Below, piece by piece: positions 31,201 through 44,517 of a DNA stretch of 64,000 nucleotides. The notes beneath the pieces are model-generated. The model ran no database searches. It saw nothing but the letters and a program-made list of their open reading frames with translations, and was not told where the DNA came from. The position numbers and the translations under genes are program-made. Source of the stretch: Eledone cirrhosa. Its lineage: Eukaryota. Location of the stretch: the NCBI GenBank assembly GCA_964016885.1, contig OZ024740.1, forward strand, positions 390,166,001-390,230,000, written 5' to 3'. How positions within the stretch are numbered: position 1 is the stretch's first letter; the number at the start of each line of letters is the position of its first letter.

Positions 31201-34200
31201 GTTGGTTAATGATCTATAGCATACAGTGTTGGTTAATGATCTATAGCATACAGTGTTGGCTAATGATCTATAGCACACACTGTTGGTTAATGATCTATAG
31301 CATACAGTGTTGGTTAATGATCTATAGCATACAGTGTTGGCTAATGATCTATAGCACACAGTGTTGGCTAATGATCTATAGCACACAGTGTTGGTTAATG
31401 ATCTATAGCATACAGTGTTGGTTAATGATCTATAGCATACAGTGTTGGTTAATGATCTATAGCACACACTGTTGGTTAATGATCTATAGCATACAGTGTT
31501 GGTTAATGATCTATAGCATACAGTGTTGGCTAATGATCTATAGCATACAGTGTTGGTAATGATCTATAGCATACAGTGTTGGTTAATGATCTATAGCATA
31601 CAGTGTTGGTTAATGATCTATAGCATACAGTGTTGGTTAATGATCTATAGCATACAGTGTTGGTTAATGATCTATAGCATACAGTGTTGGTTAATGATCT
31701 ATAGCATACAGTGTTGGTTAATGATCTATAGCATACAGTGTTGGTTAATGATCTATAGCATACAGTGTTGGTTAATGATCTATAGCATACAGTGTTGGTT
31801 AATGATTTATAGCACACAGTGTTGGTTAATGATCTATAGCATACAGTGTTGGTTAATGATCTATAGCATACAGTGTTGGTTAATGATCTATAGCATACAG
31901 TGTTGGTTAATGATCTATAGCATACAGTGTTGGTTAATGATCTATAGCATACAGTGTTGGTTAATGATCTATAGCATACAGTGTTGGTTAATGATCTATA
32001 GCATACAGTGTTGGTTAATGATCTATAGCATACAGTGTTGGTTAATGATCTATAGCATACAGTGTTGGTTAATGATCTATAGCATACAGTGTTGGTTAAT
32101 GATCTATAGCATACAGTGTTGGTTAATGATCTATAGCATACAGTGTTGGTTAATGATCTATAGCATACAGTGTTGGTTAATGATCTATAGCATACAGTGT
32201 TGGTTAATGATCTATAGCATACAGTGTTGGTTAATGATCTATAGCATACAGTGTTGGTTAATGATCTATAGCATACAGTGTTGGTTAATGATCTATAGCA
32301 TACAGTGTTGGTTAATGATCTATAGCATACAGTGTTGGTTAATGATCTATAGCATACAGTGTTGGCTAATGATCTATAGCATACAGTGTTGGTTAATGAT
32401 CTATAGCATACAGTGTTGGTTAATGATCTATAGCATACAGTGTTGGCTAATGATCTATAGCACAGTGTTGGTTAATGATCTATAGCATACAGTGTTGGTT
32501 AATGATCTATAGCATACAGTGTTGGTTAATGATCTATAGCATACAGTGTTGGTTAATGATCTATAGCATACAGTGTTGGTTAATGATCTATAGCATACAG
32601 TGTTGGTTAATGATCTATAGCATACAGTGTTGGTTAATGATCTATAGCATACAGTGTTGGTTAATGATCTATAGCATACAGTGTTGGTTAATGATCTATA
32701 GCATACAGTGTTGGCTAATGATCTATAGCATACAGTGTTGGTTAATGATCTATAGCATACAGTGTTGGTTAATGATCTATAGCATACAGTGTTGGTTAAT
32801 GATCTATAGCATACAGTGTTGGTTAATGATCTATAGCACACAGTGTTGGTTAATGATCTATAGCATACAGTGTTGGTTAATGATCTATAGCATACAGTGT
32901 TGGTTAATGATCTATAGCATACAGTGTTGGTTAATGATCTATAGCATACAGTGTTGGTTAATGATCTATAGCATACAGTGTTGGTTAATGATCTATAGCA
33001 TACAGTGTTGGTTAATGATCTATAGCATACAGTGTTGGTTAATGATCTATAGCATACAGTGTTGGTTAATGATTTATAGCACACAGTGTTGGTTAATGAT
33101 CTATAGCATACAGTGTTGGTTAATGATCTATAGCATACAGTGTTGGTTAATGATCTATAGCATACAGTGTTGGTTAATGATCTATAGCATACAGTGTTGG
33201 TTAATGATCTATAGCATACAGTGTTGGTTAATGATCTATAGCATACAGTGTTGGTTAATGATCTATAGCATACAGTGTTGGTTAATGATCTATAGCATAC
33301 AGTGTTGGTTAATGATCTATAGCATACAGTGTTGGCTAATGATCTATAGCATACAGTGTTGGTTAATGATCTATAGCATACAGTGTTGGTTAATGATCTA
33401 TAGCATACAGTGTTGGTAATGATCTATAGCATACAGTGTTGGTTAATGATCTATAGCATACAGTGTTGGTTAATGATCTATAGCATACAGTGTTGGTTAA
33501 TGATCTATAGCATACAGTGTTGGTTAATGATCTATAGCATACAGTGTTGGTTAATGATCTATAGCATACAGTGTTGGTTAATGATCTATAGCATACAGTG
33601 TTGGTTAATGATCTATAGCATACAGTGTTGGTTAATGATCTATAGCATACAGTGTTGGTTAATGATCTATAGCATACAGTGTTGGTTAATGATCTATAGC
33701 ATACAGTGTTGGTTAATGATCTATAGCATACAGTGTTGGTTAATGATCTTATAGCACACAGTGTTGGTTAATGATCTATAGCATACAGTGTTGGTTAATG
33801 ATCTATAGCATACAGTGTTGGTTAATGATCTATAGCATACAGTGTTGGTTAATGATCTATAGCATACAGTGTTGGTTAATGATCTATAGCATACAGTGTT
33901 GGTTAATGATCTATAGCATACAGTGTTGGCTAATGATCTATAGCATACAGTGTTGGCTAATGATCTATAGCATACAGTGTTGGTTAATGATCTATAGCAC
34001 ACAGTGTTGGTTAATGATCTATAGCACACAGTGTTGGTTAATGATCTATAGCATACAGTGTTGGTTAATGATCTATAGCATACAGTGTTGGTTAATGATC
34101 TATAGCACACAGTGTTGGTTAATGATCTATAGCATACAGTGTTGGTTAATGATCTATAGCATACAGTGTTGGCTAATGATCTATAGCATACAGTGTTGGT

Positions 34201-37200
34201 TAATGATCTATAGCATACAGTGTTGGCTAATGATCTATAGCATACAGTGTTGGTTAATGATCTATAGCATACAGTGTTGGCTAATGATCTATAGCATACA
34301 GTGTTGGCTAATGATCTATAGCATACAGTGTTGGTTAATGATCTATAGCATACAGTGTTGGTTAATGATCTATAGCATACAGTGTTGGTTAATGATCTAT
34401 AGCATACAGTGTTGGCTAATGATCTATAGCACACAGTGTTGGCTAATGATCTATAGCATACAGTGTTGGTTAATGATCTATAGCATACAGTGTTGGTTAA
34501 TGATCTATAGCACACAGTGTTGGCTAATGATCTATAGCATACAGTGTTGGCTAATGATCTATAGCATACAGTGTTGGCTTAATGATCTATAGCATACAGT
34601 GTTGGTTAATGATTTATAGCACACAGTGTTGGTTAATGATCTATAGCATACAGTGTTGGTTAATGATCTATAGCATACAGTGTTGGTTAATGATCTATAG
34701 CATACAGTGTTGGTTAATGATCTATAGCATACAGTGTTGGTTAATGATTTATAGCACACAGTGTTGGTTAATGATCTATAGCATACAGTGTTGGTTAATG
34801 ATCTATAGCATACAGTGTTGGTTAATGATCTATAGCATACAGTGTTGGTTAATGATCTATAGCATACAGTGTTGGTTAATGATCTATAGCACACAGTGTT
34901 GGTTAATGATCTATAGCATACAGTGTTGGTTAATGATCTATAGCATACAGTGTTGGTTAATGATCTATAGCATACAGTGTTGGTTAATGATCTATAGCAT
35001 ACAGTGTTGGTTAATGATCTATAGCATACAGTGTTGGTTAATGATCTATAGCATACAGTGTTGGTTAATGATCTATAGCATACAGTGTTGGTTAATGATC
35101 TATAGCATACAGTGTTGGTTAATGATCTATAGCACACAGTGTTGGTTAATGATCTATAGCATACAGTGTTGGTTAATGATCTATAGCATACAGTGTTGGT
35201 TAATGATCTATAGCATACAGTGTTGGTTAATGATCTATAGCATACAGTGTTGGTAATGATCTATAGCATACAGTGTTGGTTAATGATCTATAGCATACAG
35301 TGTTGGTTAATGATCTATAGCATACAGTGTTGGTTAATGATCTATAGCATACAGTGTTGGTTAATGATCTATAGCATACAGTGTTGGTTAATGATCTATA
35401 GCATACAGTGTTGGTTAATGATCTATAGCATACAGTGTTGGCTAATGATCTATAGCATACAGTGTTGGCTAATGATCTATAGCATACAGTGTTGGTTAAT
35501 GATCTATAGCACACAGTGTTGGTTAATGATCTATAGCATACAGTGTTGGTTAATGATCTATAGCATACAGTGTTGGCTAATGATCTATAGCATACAGTGT
35601 TGGCTAATGATCTATAGCATACAGTGTTGGTTAATGATCTATAGCATACAGTGTTGGTTAATGATCTATAGCATACAGTGTTGGTTAATGATCTATAGCA
35701 TACAGTGTTGGTTAATGATCTATAGCATACAGTGTTGGTTAATGATCTATAGCATACAGTGTTGGCTAATGATCTATAGCATACAGTGTTGGTTAATGAT
35801 CTATAGCATACAGTGTTGGTTAATGATCTATAGCATACAGTGTTGGTTAATGATCTATAGCATACTGTGTTGGTTAATGATCTATAGCACACAGTGTTGG
35901 TTAATGATCTATAGCATACAGTGTTGGTTAATGATCTATAGCATACAGTGTTGGTTAATGATCTATAGCATACAGTGTTGGCTAATGATCTATAGCATAC
36001 AGTGTTGGCTAATGATCTATAGCATACAGTGTTGGTTAATGATCTATAGCATACAGTGTTGGTTAATGATCTATAGCATACAGTGTTGGTTAATGATCTA
36101 TAGCATACAGTGTTGGTTAATGATCTATAGCATACAGTGTTGGCTAATGATCTATAGCATACAGTGTTGGTTAATGATCTATAGCACACAGTGTTGGTTA
36201 ATGATCTATAGCATACAGTGTTGGTTAATGATCTATAGCATACAGTGTTGGTTAATGATCTATAGCATACAGTGTTGGTTAATGATCTATAGCATACAGT
36301 GTTGGCTAATGATCTATAGCATACAGTGTTGGTTAATGATCTATAGCATACAGTGTTGGTTAATGATCTATAGCATACAGTGTTGGCTAATGATCTATAG
36401 CATACAGTGTTGGTTAATGATCTATAGCATACAGTGTTGGTTAATGATCTATAGCATACAGTGTTGGTTAATGATCTATAGCATACAGTGTTGGCTAATG
36501 ATCTATAGCACACAGTGTTGGTTAATGATCTATAGCATACAGTGTTGGTTAATGATCTATAGCATACAGTGTTGGTTAATGATCTATAGCACACAGTGTT
36601 GGCTAATGATCTATAGCATACAGTGTTGGCTAATGATCTATAGCATACAGTGTTGGTTAATGATCTATAGCATACAGTGTTGGTTAATGATTTATAGCAC
36701 ACAGTGTTGGTTAATGATCTATAGCATACAGTGTTGGTTAATGATCTATAGCATACAGTGTTGGTTAATGATCTATAGCATACAGTGTTGGTTAATGATC
36801 TATAGCATACAGTGTTGGTTAATGATTTATAGCACACAGTGTTGGTTAATGATCTATAGCATACAGTGTTGGTTAATGATCTATAGCATACAGTGTTGGT
36901 TAATGATCTATAGCATACAGTGTTGGTTAATGATCTATAGCATACAGTGTTGGTTAATGATTTATAGCACACAGTGTTGGTTAATGATCTATAGCATACA
37001 GTGTTGGTTAATGATCTATAGCATACAGTGTTGGTTAATGATCTATAGCATACAGTGTTGGTTAATGATCTATAGCATACAGTGTTGGTTAATGATCTAT
37101 AGCATACAGTGTTGGTTAATGATCTATAGCATACAGTGTTGGTTAATGATCTATAGCATACAGTGTTGGTTAATGATCTATAGCATACAGTGTTGGTTAA

Positions 37201-40200
37201 TGATTTATAGCACACAGTGTTGGTAATGATCTATAGCATACAGTGTTGGTTAATGATCTATAGCATACAGTGTTGGTTAATGATCTATAGCATACAGTGT
37301 TGGTTAATGATCTATAGCATACAGTGTTGGCTAATGATCTATAGCATACAGTGTTGGCTAATGATCTATAGCATACAGTGTGGTTAATGATTATAGCACA
37401 CAGTGTTGGTTAATGATCTATAGCATACAGTGTTGGTTAATGATCTATAGCATACAGTGTTGGTTAATGATCTATAGCATACAGTGTTGGTTAATGATCT
37501 ATAGCATACAGTGTTGGCTAATGATCTATAGCATACAGTGTTGGCTAATGATCTATAGCATACAGTGTTGGTTAATGATCTATAGCACACAGTGTTGGTT
37601 AATGATCTATAGCATACAGTGTTGGTTAATGATCTATAGCATACAGTGTTGGCTAATGATCTATAGCATACAGTGTTGGCTAATGATCTATAGCATACAG
37701 TGTTGGTTAATGATCTATAGCATACAGTGTTGGTTAATGATCTATAGCATACAGTGTTGGTTAATGATCTATAGCATACTGTGTTGGTTAATGATCTATA
37801 GCATACAGTGTTGGTTAATGATCTATAGCATACAGTGTTGGCTAATGATCTATAGCATACAGTGTTGGTTAATGATCTATAGCATACAGTGTTGGTTAAT
37901 GATCTATAGCATACAGTGTTGGTTAATGATCTATAGCATACAGTGTTGGTTAATGATCTATAGCACACACTGTTGGTTAATGATCTATAGCATACAGTGT
38001 TGGTTAATGATCTATAGCATACAGTGTTGGCTAATGATCTATAGCATACAGTGTTGGCTAATGATCTATAGCATACAGTGTTGGTTAATGATCTATAGCA
38101 TACAGTGTTGGTTAATGATCTATAGCATACAGTGTTGGTTAATGATCTATAGCATACAGTGTTGGTTAATGATCTATAGCATACAGTGTTGGTTAATGAT
38201 CTATAGCACACAGTGTTGGTTAATGATCTATAGCACACAGTGTTGGTTAATGATCTATAGCATACAGTGTTGGTTAATGATCTATAGCATACAGTGTTGG
38301 TTAATGATCTATAGCATACAGTGTTGGTTAATGATTTATAGCACACAGTGTTGGTTAATGATCTATAGCATACAGTGTTGGTTAATGATCTATAGCATAC
38401 AGTGTTGGTTAATGATCTATAGCATACAGTGTTGGTTAATGATCTATAGCATACAGTGTTGGTTAATGATCTATAGCATACAGTGTTGGTTAATGATCTA
38501 TAGCATACAGTGTTGGCTAATGATCTATAGCATACAGTGTTGGTTAATGATCTATAGCATACAGTGTTGGTTAATGATCTATAGCATAGTGTTGGCTAAT
38601 GATCTATAGCATACAGTGTTGGTTAATGATCTATAGCATACAGTGTTGGTTAATGATCTATAGCATACAGTGTTGGTTAATGATTTATAGCACACAGTGT
38701 TGGTTAATGATCTATAGCATACAGTGTTGGTTAATGATCTATAGCATACAGTGTTGGTTAATGATCTATAGCATACAGTGTTGGTTAATGATCTATAGCA
38801 TACAGTGTTGGTTAATGATCTATAGCATACAGTGTTGGTTAATGATCTATAGCATACAGTGTTGGTTAATGATCTATAGCATACAGTGTTGGCTAATGAT
38901 CTATAGCACACAGTGTTGGCTAATGATCTATAGCATACAGTGTTGATTAATGATCTATAGCATACAGTGTTGGCTAATGATTTATAGCACAGTGTTGGTT
39001 AATGATCTATAGCATACAGTGTTGGTTAATGATCTATAGCATACAGTGTTGGTTAATGATCTATAGCATACAGTGTTGGTTAATGATCTATAGCATACAG
39101 TGTTGGTTAATGATTTATAGCACACAGTGTTGGTTAATGATCTATAGCATACAGTGTTGGTTAATGATCTATAGCATACAGTGTTGGTTAATGATCTATA
39201 GCATACAGTGTTGGTTAATGATCTATAGCATACAGTGTTGGCTAATGATCTATAGCATACAGTGTTGGTTAATGATCTATAGCATACAGTGTTGGTTAAT
39301 GATCTATAGCATACAGTGTTGGTTAATGATCTATAGCATACAGTGTTGGTTAAAGATTTATAGCACACAGTGTTGGTTAATGATCTATAGCATACAGTGT
39401 TGGTTAATGATCTATAGCATACAGTGTTGGTTAATGATCTATAGCATACAGTGTTGGTTAATGATCTATAGCATACAGTGTTGGTTAATGATCTATAGCA
39501 TACAGTGTTGGTTAATGATCTATAGCATACAGTGTTGGTTAATGATCTATAGCATACAGTGTTGGTTAATGATCTATAGCATACAGTGTTGGTTAATGAT
39601 TTATAGCACACAGTGTTGGTTAATGATCTATAGCATACAGTGTTGGTTAATGATCTATAGCATACAGTGTTGGTTAATGATCTATAGCATACAGTGTTGG
39701 TTAATGATCTATAGCATACAGTGTTGGCTAATGATCTATAGCATACAGTGTTGGTTAATGATCTATAGCATACAGTGTTGGTTAATGATCTATAGCATAC
39801 AGTGTTGGCTAATGATCTATAGCATACAGTGTTGGTTAATGATCTATAGCATACAGTGTTGGTTAATGTTCTATAGCATACAGTGTTGGTTAATGATCTA
39901 TAGCATACAGTGTTGGTTAATGATCTATAGCATACAGTGTTGGTTAATGATCTATAGCATACAGTGTTGGCTAATGATCTATAGCATACAGTGTTGGTTA
40001 ATGATCTATAGCATACAGTGTTGGTTAATGATCTATAGCATACAGTGTTGGCTAATGATCTATAGCATACAGTGTTGGTTAATGATCTATAGCATACAGT
40101 GTTGGTTAATGATCTATAGCATACAGTGTTGGTTAATGATCTATAGCATACAGTGTTGGTTAATGATCTATAGCATACAGTGTTGGTTAATGATCTATAG

Positions 40201-41711
40201 CATACAGTGTTGGCTAATGATCTATAGCATACAGTGTTGGTTAATGATCTATAGCATACAGTGTTGGTTAATGATCTATAGCATACAGTGTTGGTTAATG
40301 ATCTATAGCACACAGTGTTGGTTAATGATCTATAGCATACAGTGTTGGTTAATGATCTATAGCATACAGTGTTGGTTAATGATCTATAGCATACAGTGTT
40401 GGTTAATGATCTATAGCATACAGTGTTGGTTAATGATCTATAGCATACAGTGTTGGTTAATGATCTATAGCATACAGTGTTGGCTAATGATCTATAGCAT
40501 ACAGTGTTGTTTAATGATCTATAGCATACAGTGTTGGTTAATGATCTATAGCACACAGTGTTGGTTAATGATCTATAGCATACAGTGTTGGTTAATGATC
40601 TATAGCATACAGTGTTGGTTAATGATCTATAGCACACAGTGTTGGTTAATGATCTATAGCATACAGTGTTGGTTAATGATCTATAGCATACAGTGTTGGT
40701 TAATGATCTATAGCATACAGTGTTGGTTAATGATCTATAGCATACAGTGTTGGTTAATGATCTATAGCATACAGTGTTGGTTAATGATCTATAGCATACA
40801 GTGTTGGCTAATGATCTATAGCATACAGTGTTGTTTAATGATCTATAGCATACAGTGTTGGTTAATGATCTATAGCACACAGTGTTGGTTAATGATCTAT
40901 AGCATACAGTGTTGGTTAATGATCTATAGCATACAGTGTTGGTTAATGATCTATAGCACACAGTGTTGGTTAATGATCTATAGCATACAGTGTTGGTTAA
41001 TGATCTATAGCATACAGTGTTGGTTAATGATCTATAGCATACAGTGTTGGTTAATGATCTATAGCATACAGTGTTGGTTAATGATCTATAGCATACAGTG
41101 TTGGTTAATGATCTATAGCATACAGTGTTGGCTAATGATCTATAGCATACAGTGTTGTTTAATGATCTATAGCATACAGTGTTGGTTAATGATCTATAGC
41201 ACACAGTGTTGGTTAATGATCTATAGCATACAGTGTTGGTTAATGATCTATAGCATACAGTGTTGGTTAATGATCTATAGCACACAGTGTTGGTTAATGA
41301 TCTATAGCATACAGTGTTGGTTAATGATCTATAGCATACAGTGTTGGTTAATGATCTATAGCATACAGTGTTGGTTAATGATTTATAGCACACAGTGTTG
41401 GTTAATGATCTATAGCATACAGTGTTGGTTAATGATCTATAGCATACAGTGTTGGTTAATGATCTATAGCATACAGTGTTGGTTAATGATCTATAGCATA
41501 CAGTGTTGGTTAATGATCTATAGCATACAGTGTTGGTTAATGATCTATAGCATACAGTGTTGGCTAATGATCTATAGCATACAGTGTTGGCTAATGATCT
41601 ATAGCATACAGTGTTGGTTAATGATCTATAGCACACAGTGTTGGTTAATGATCTATAGCACACAGTGTTGGTTAATGATCTATAGCACACTGTTGGTTAA
41701 TGATCTATAGC
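22290..41711. repeat. 27-bp minisatellite/satellite array 2 (~720 units)
   Basis: Same unit and orientation as array 1, with the same terminal pattern (two GCACAC units, a 25-bp GCACACTGTT unit, then ATCTATAGC|TATATGTT). It carries many 1-bp indels between ~22.3 and ~37.4 kb. Confidence 0.99.
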
Positions 41712-42419
41712 TATATGTTTATAATAGTCAGACATTGAAACAGAACAGTTAACAATTAGAATAACGTTTCGAAAATTCGTCTTTTAGAATCAAATCATTC
41801 ATTCAGATATTTATTGTAATTTGATGAAAAAAAAAATGTCTCGTGTATTAAAAATTCATATATAAGTCGAAAAACCTTGATTAATAGATTATTCATGCAT
41901 GTAAACTAAAACTCCTAGGAGTGTCTAAAATCTCAAAAAAAAAAAAAAACCCCATCAAGGGAAGTAACTCCAATTAAATCAACTAACTGAAAGTTTAGGA
42001 AAATAAAGATTAGCAGGTAGGAGTAGATCTTGTCTTTAAAGTTAACTAGTAAAGCAATATATATATTTCAGTCTTATTAGATCTAGCTGAAGGTTACTTT
42101 ACTCTGCAAGATTTAGAAGTAGTACGTTTATGTAGAAATAAAGGGGATTTAGTTGCACTAATTATGAATGTCAACAAAACGACTGAAGAAAAATAACTTG
42201 CAAGCATTCTGTATAATGTTAGCCTCACATATTTAATAGTGAATTGAAAAACATTATTTATGCAATCAGTAAACAAAAACTCTCTAGGTTATTTTAAATT
42301 TAAAAAAAAAAAGTATGGGAAAAAATTCCAATAAAATTGACTAATCGAAAATTTTATCTGAGGTTAATGCATTAATGATCAGTGAATTACTCGTATGGTG
42401 AATAAGATTCACTCTCAAT

Positions 42420-42455
<36 letters not shown>

Positions 42456-43035
42456 CAGATAGTTGATTTTATTTAGTTGCCTCCCTTCCTCGTTTTTATA
42501 TTTTAAATATTCCTTAGGAATTTTTGTGTATTGAATGCATGAGTAATCTGAGTTAACTGAGGGTTTTCTAACTCTTTATACTACATGTGAGACCACTGAC
42601 CATTGTATGTACATTTACTATGCAGATTGCTCCCATGAAAAGCAATTCAGATTTTAGTATTTTATTTCATTCTCATGCAAAAAAGGTTTGTAAGCATGTG
42701 TACTCTAGTCATTTAGTTAATATTTAACTTGTATTAAAGAAAATATATTCATTTACCTAAACTGTTTTTTAATATATTTTTCTATGCTAGTTTGGGTAGA
42801 TGGTGTTCACGAAGTGTGTATAGTGTTAAAGCAATTACTTTTATAGTTAGCAAGATTCGAAGAGCATAAACTGCTGTAGTAGTAGTACTACAAAAGTTAG
42901 TTGGTGGTCGTAGAATTTTGGTGAGTGAATATTTCTGTGTTAGTCTGTATTTTTTCATATATATCAAGCTGAAAGATTTTATTTTAACAAATATCTTGAA
43001 AATTTCTTTCTTAACCAGTTGTTTTCTATTTTCAG

Positions 43036-43293
43036 AAAATTTATACAGTTCAACCAAAAGGGCCTTACCGAATTGGGGGCTATTCTTTTGGTGCTGGACT
43101 AGCAATAGAGATGGTTATACAAATTGAAGCTTCAAAAGAAAAAGTAGAAAAATTAGTACTACTTGATGGTTCCCATAACTATGTTGCTGCTCATACTTTC
43201 AGTCACAGAGTGAAAACTTCACAGCTGAACCTTTTAGAATCGCAGTCTATGGTTGCTTTCTCTAGACAATTTATTGAAATTCCTTATCAAACA
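43036..43293 (+). CDS. FASN: Fatty acid synthase (or FAS-like PKS) thioesterase domain, exon with catalytic Ser and Asp
   Basis: Acceptor TTTTCAG at 43035, donor ACA|GTAAGA at 43294, phase 0. Translation KIYTVQPKGPYRIGGYSFGAGLAIEMVIQIEASKEKVEKLVLLDGSHNYVAAHT...RQFIEIPYQT resembles vertebrate FASN GPYRVAGYSYGACVAFEM...LFLFDGSPTYV (recalled, not aligned). Confidence 0.9.
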
Positions 43294-43634
43294 GTAAGAT
43301 GATTTTTTTCGAGACAAGTTTGTTGATGTTGGTTATAAAAAATAAGATATATAAAAATTGTAAGCAAGAATGTTTAGAAATTAAATCATTGACTTGTCTT
43401 GAAGTAAGTAAAGTGGTTGTTGCAGTTGCCCCATTAACAGTTCAATGTAGCAGTATGAGTTGAGAGTGGAAGAATAACTTCAACTTGAATTGACTTAGAT
43501 TTCAAAAGTTCTGTAGAAAATTTAGCCACAAACATGCTTTGGGATAATTTGGTAATGTAATTTGTATTTCGTTATGAACATCACTATGAGTGAGGTATGG
43601 TGCGGCCAATTGGTCAGACTTGTTTCATAATGGT

Positions 43635-44021
43635 GCCACCCAGTTTCACACTGTAAATGTAGTTTATGATAGGAAGGGCATCTAGCAGCTGTAAAAACCC
43701 AGCCTAAACACAGCCCCACTATGAGCAAGGAATGGTGCTGCCAACTGGCCAGACCTCCCTCATATTTGGACCACCCAGCTCCCAAATTAAGGTTCTGCTT
43801 AAGAGTAGGGTACGGCGCTTCCAACTGGCCTGACATTCCTCATAACGAGATCACTCAGTTCCACACTGTGATTGGTGTTAGGAAAAGCATCCAGCTGTAA
43901 AAATCCCAGCCCAAATAGTTCTGTTTGAACAAGGTATGGCCTGGCCAGACTTGTAACAGGATGTGGACGACCTGTCTAACCCATGCAAGCATGGAAAAAA
44001 TAGACATTAAACGATGATGAT
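43635..44021 (+). mobile_element. Degenerate SINE / non-autonomous RTE-related tail with two copies of the AGGAAGGGCATCCAGCTGTAAAA module
   Basis: Modules at ~43635-43705 and ~43850-43910. It ends AACCCATGCAAGCATGGAA...GACATTAAACGATGATGAT, like the 3' end of the element at 56086-57449. Confidence 0.7.
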
Positions 44022-44076
44022 TATATATATAAAATAAGAGACTGTTTTCATTCGTACATCTTCATTTTATTAGATA

Positions 44077-44151
44077 ATTCTATTATACGTATTTCAAAGA
44101 TGCCAGAGTGGTTATATAATAACCCCCTGGCATGTTTTCATCAGATGGAGT
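44077..44151 (-). ncRNA. Type I minimal hammerhead ribozyme-like motif, weak stem I
   Basis: Minus strand reads ACUCCAU-CUGAUGA-[long stem II AAACAUGCCAGGGGGUUAU/AUAACCACUCUGGCAUCUUU]-GAAA-U-ACGU-AUA-AUAGAAU. Stem III is palindromic; stem I has two A.C mismatches. Confidence 0.55.
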
Positions 44152-44273
44152 AAGATCTATTTTCCTATTCATTGATATGTTACTTATTTCTTGTGGTGTT
44201 TACATTGGGTACTGGTCAACAATGTAAACACAAGAAGAAACCAGTAACATAAATAGATAGGAAAATACATCTT

Positions 44274-44348
44274 ACTCCATCTGATGGAAACATGTTAGGG
44301 AGTTATTATATAACCACTCTGGCATATTTGAAATATGTATAATAGAAT
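44274..44348 (+). ncRNA. Mirror hammerhead-like motif with mutated core (CUGAUGG)
   Basis: Same layout as the left-arm motif, but with A9->G in the core and a non-palindromic AUGU loop; probably inactive. Confidence 0.4.
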
Positions 44349-44483
44349 TATGTATGAATAAAACCATCTCTTATTTATTATACTAAAACTCTGGTTGATA
44401 CCTTACTGAGAAAATCCCTAATTGTTAAGTGCTTTACATCGATTTATGAAAAAGTCGGTAGATTAATCAACTTTCATCAACTG

Positions 44484-44513
<30 letters not shown>

Positions 44514-44517
<4 letters not shown>

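Larger units (their letters stand above)
44032..44376. repeat. 345-bp imperfect palindrome (fold-back element) with a hammerhead-like motif in each arm
   Basis: Left arm 44032-44207 is the reverse complement of right arm 44220-44376 (e.g. TGCCAGAGTGGTTATATAATAAC / GTTATTATATAACCACTCTGGCA), with a 12-nt centre. Confidence 0.93.

Noticed and set aside
23-41710. Long ORFs of (MIYSIQCWL)n on + and (CYRSLTNTV)n on -
   Set aside because: The 27-bp unit is a multiple of 3 with one stop-free frame per strand. Recurrent 2-bp deletions and TGA variants break the frames, and there are no unique termini or splice context.
1-41711. CRISPR array
   Set aside because: The 27-bp repeats are directly adjacent, with no unique spacers and no cas genes; the context is eukaryotic.
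1-41711. Satellite monomer as a ribozyme (CTAATGA resembles CTGATGA) or telomeric repeat
   Set aside because: There is no GAAA or stem II, and the core G is missing. The unit is not a G-rich telomere motif and lies next to internal exons.
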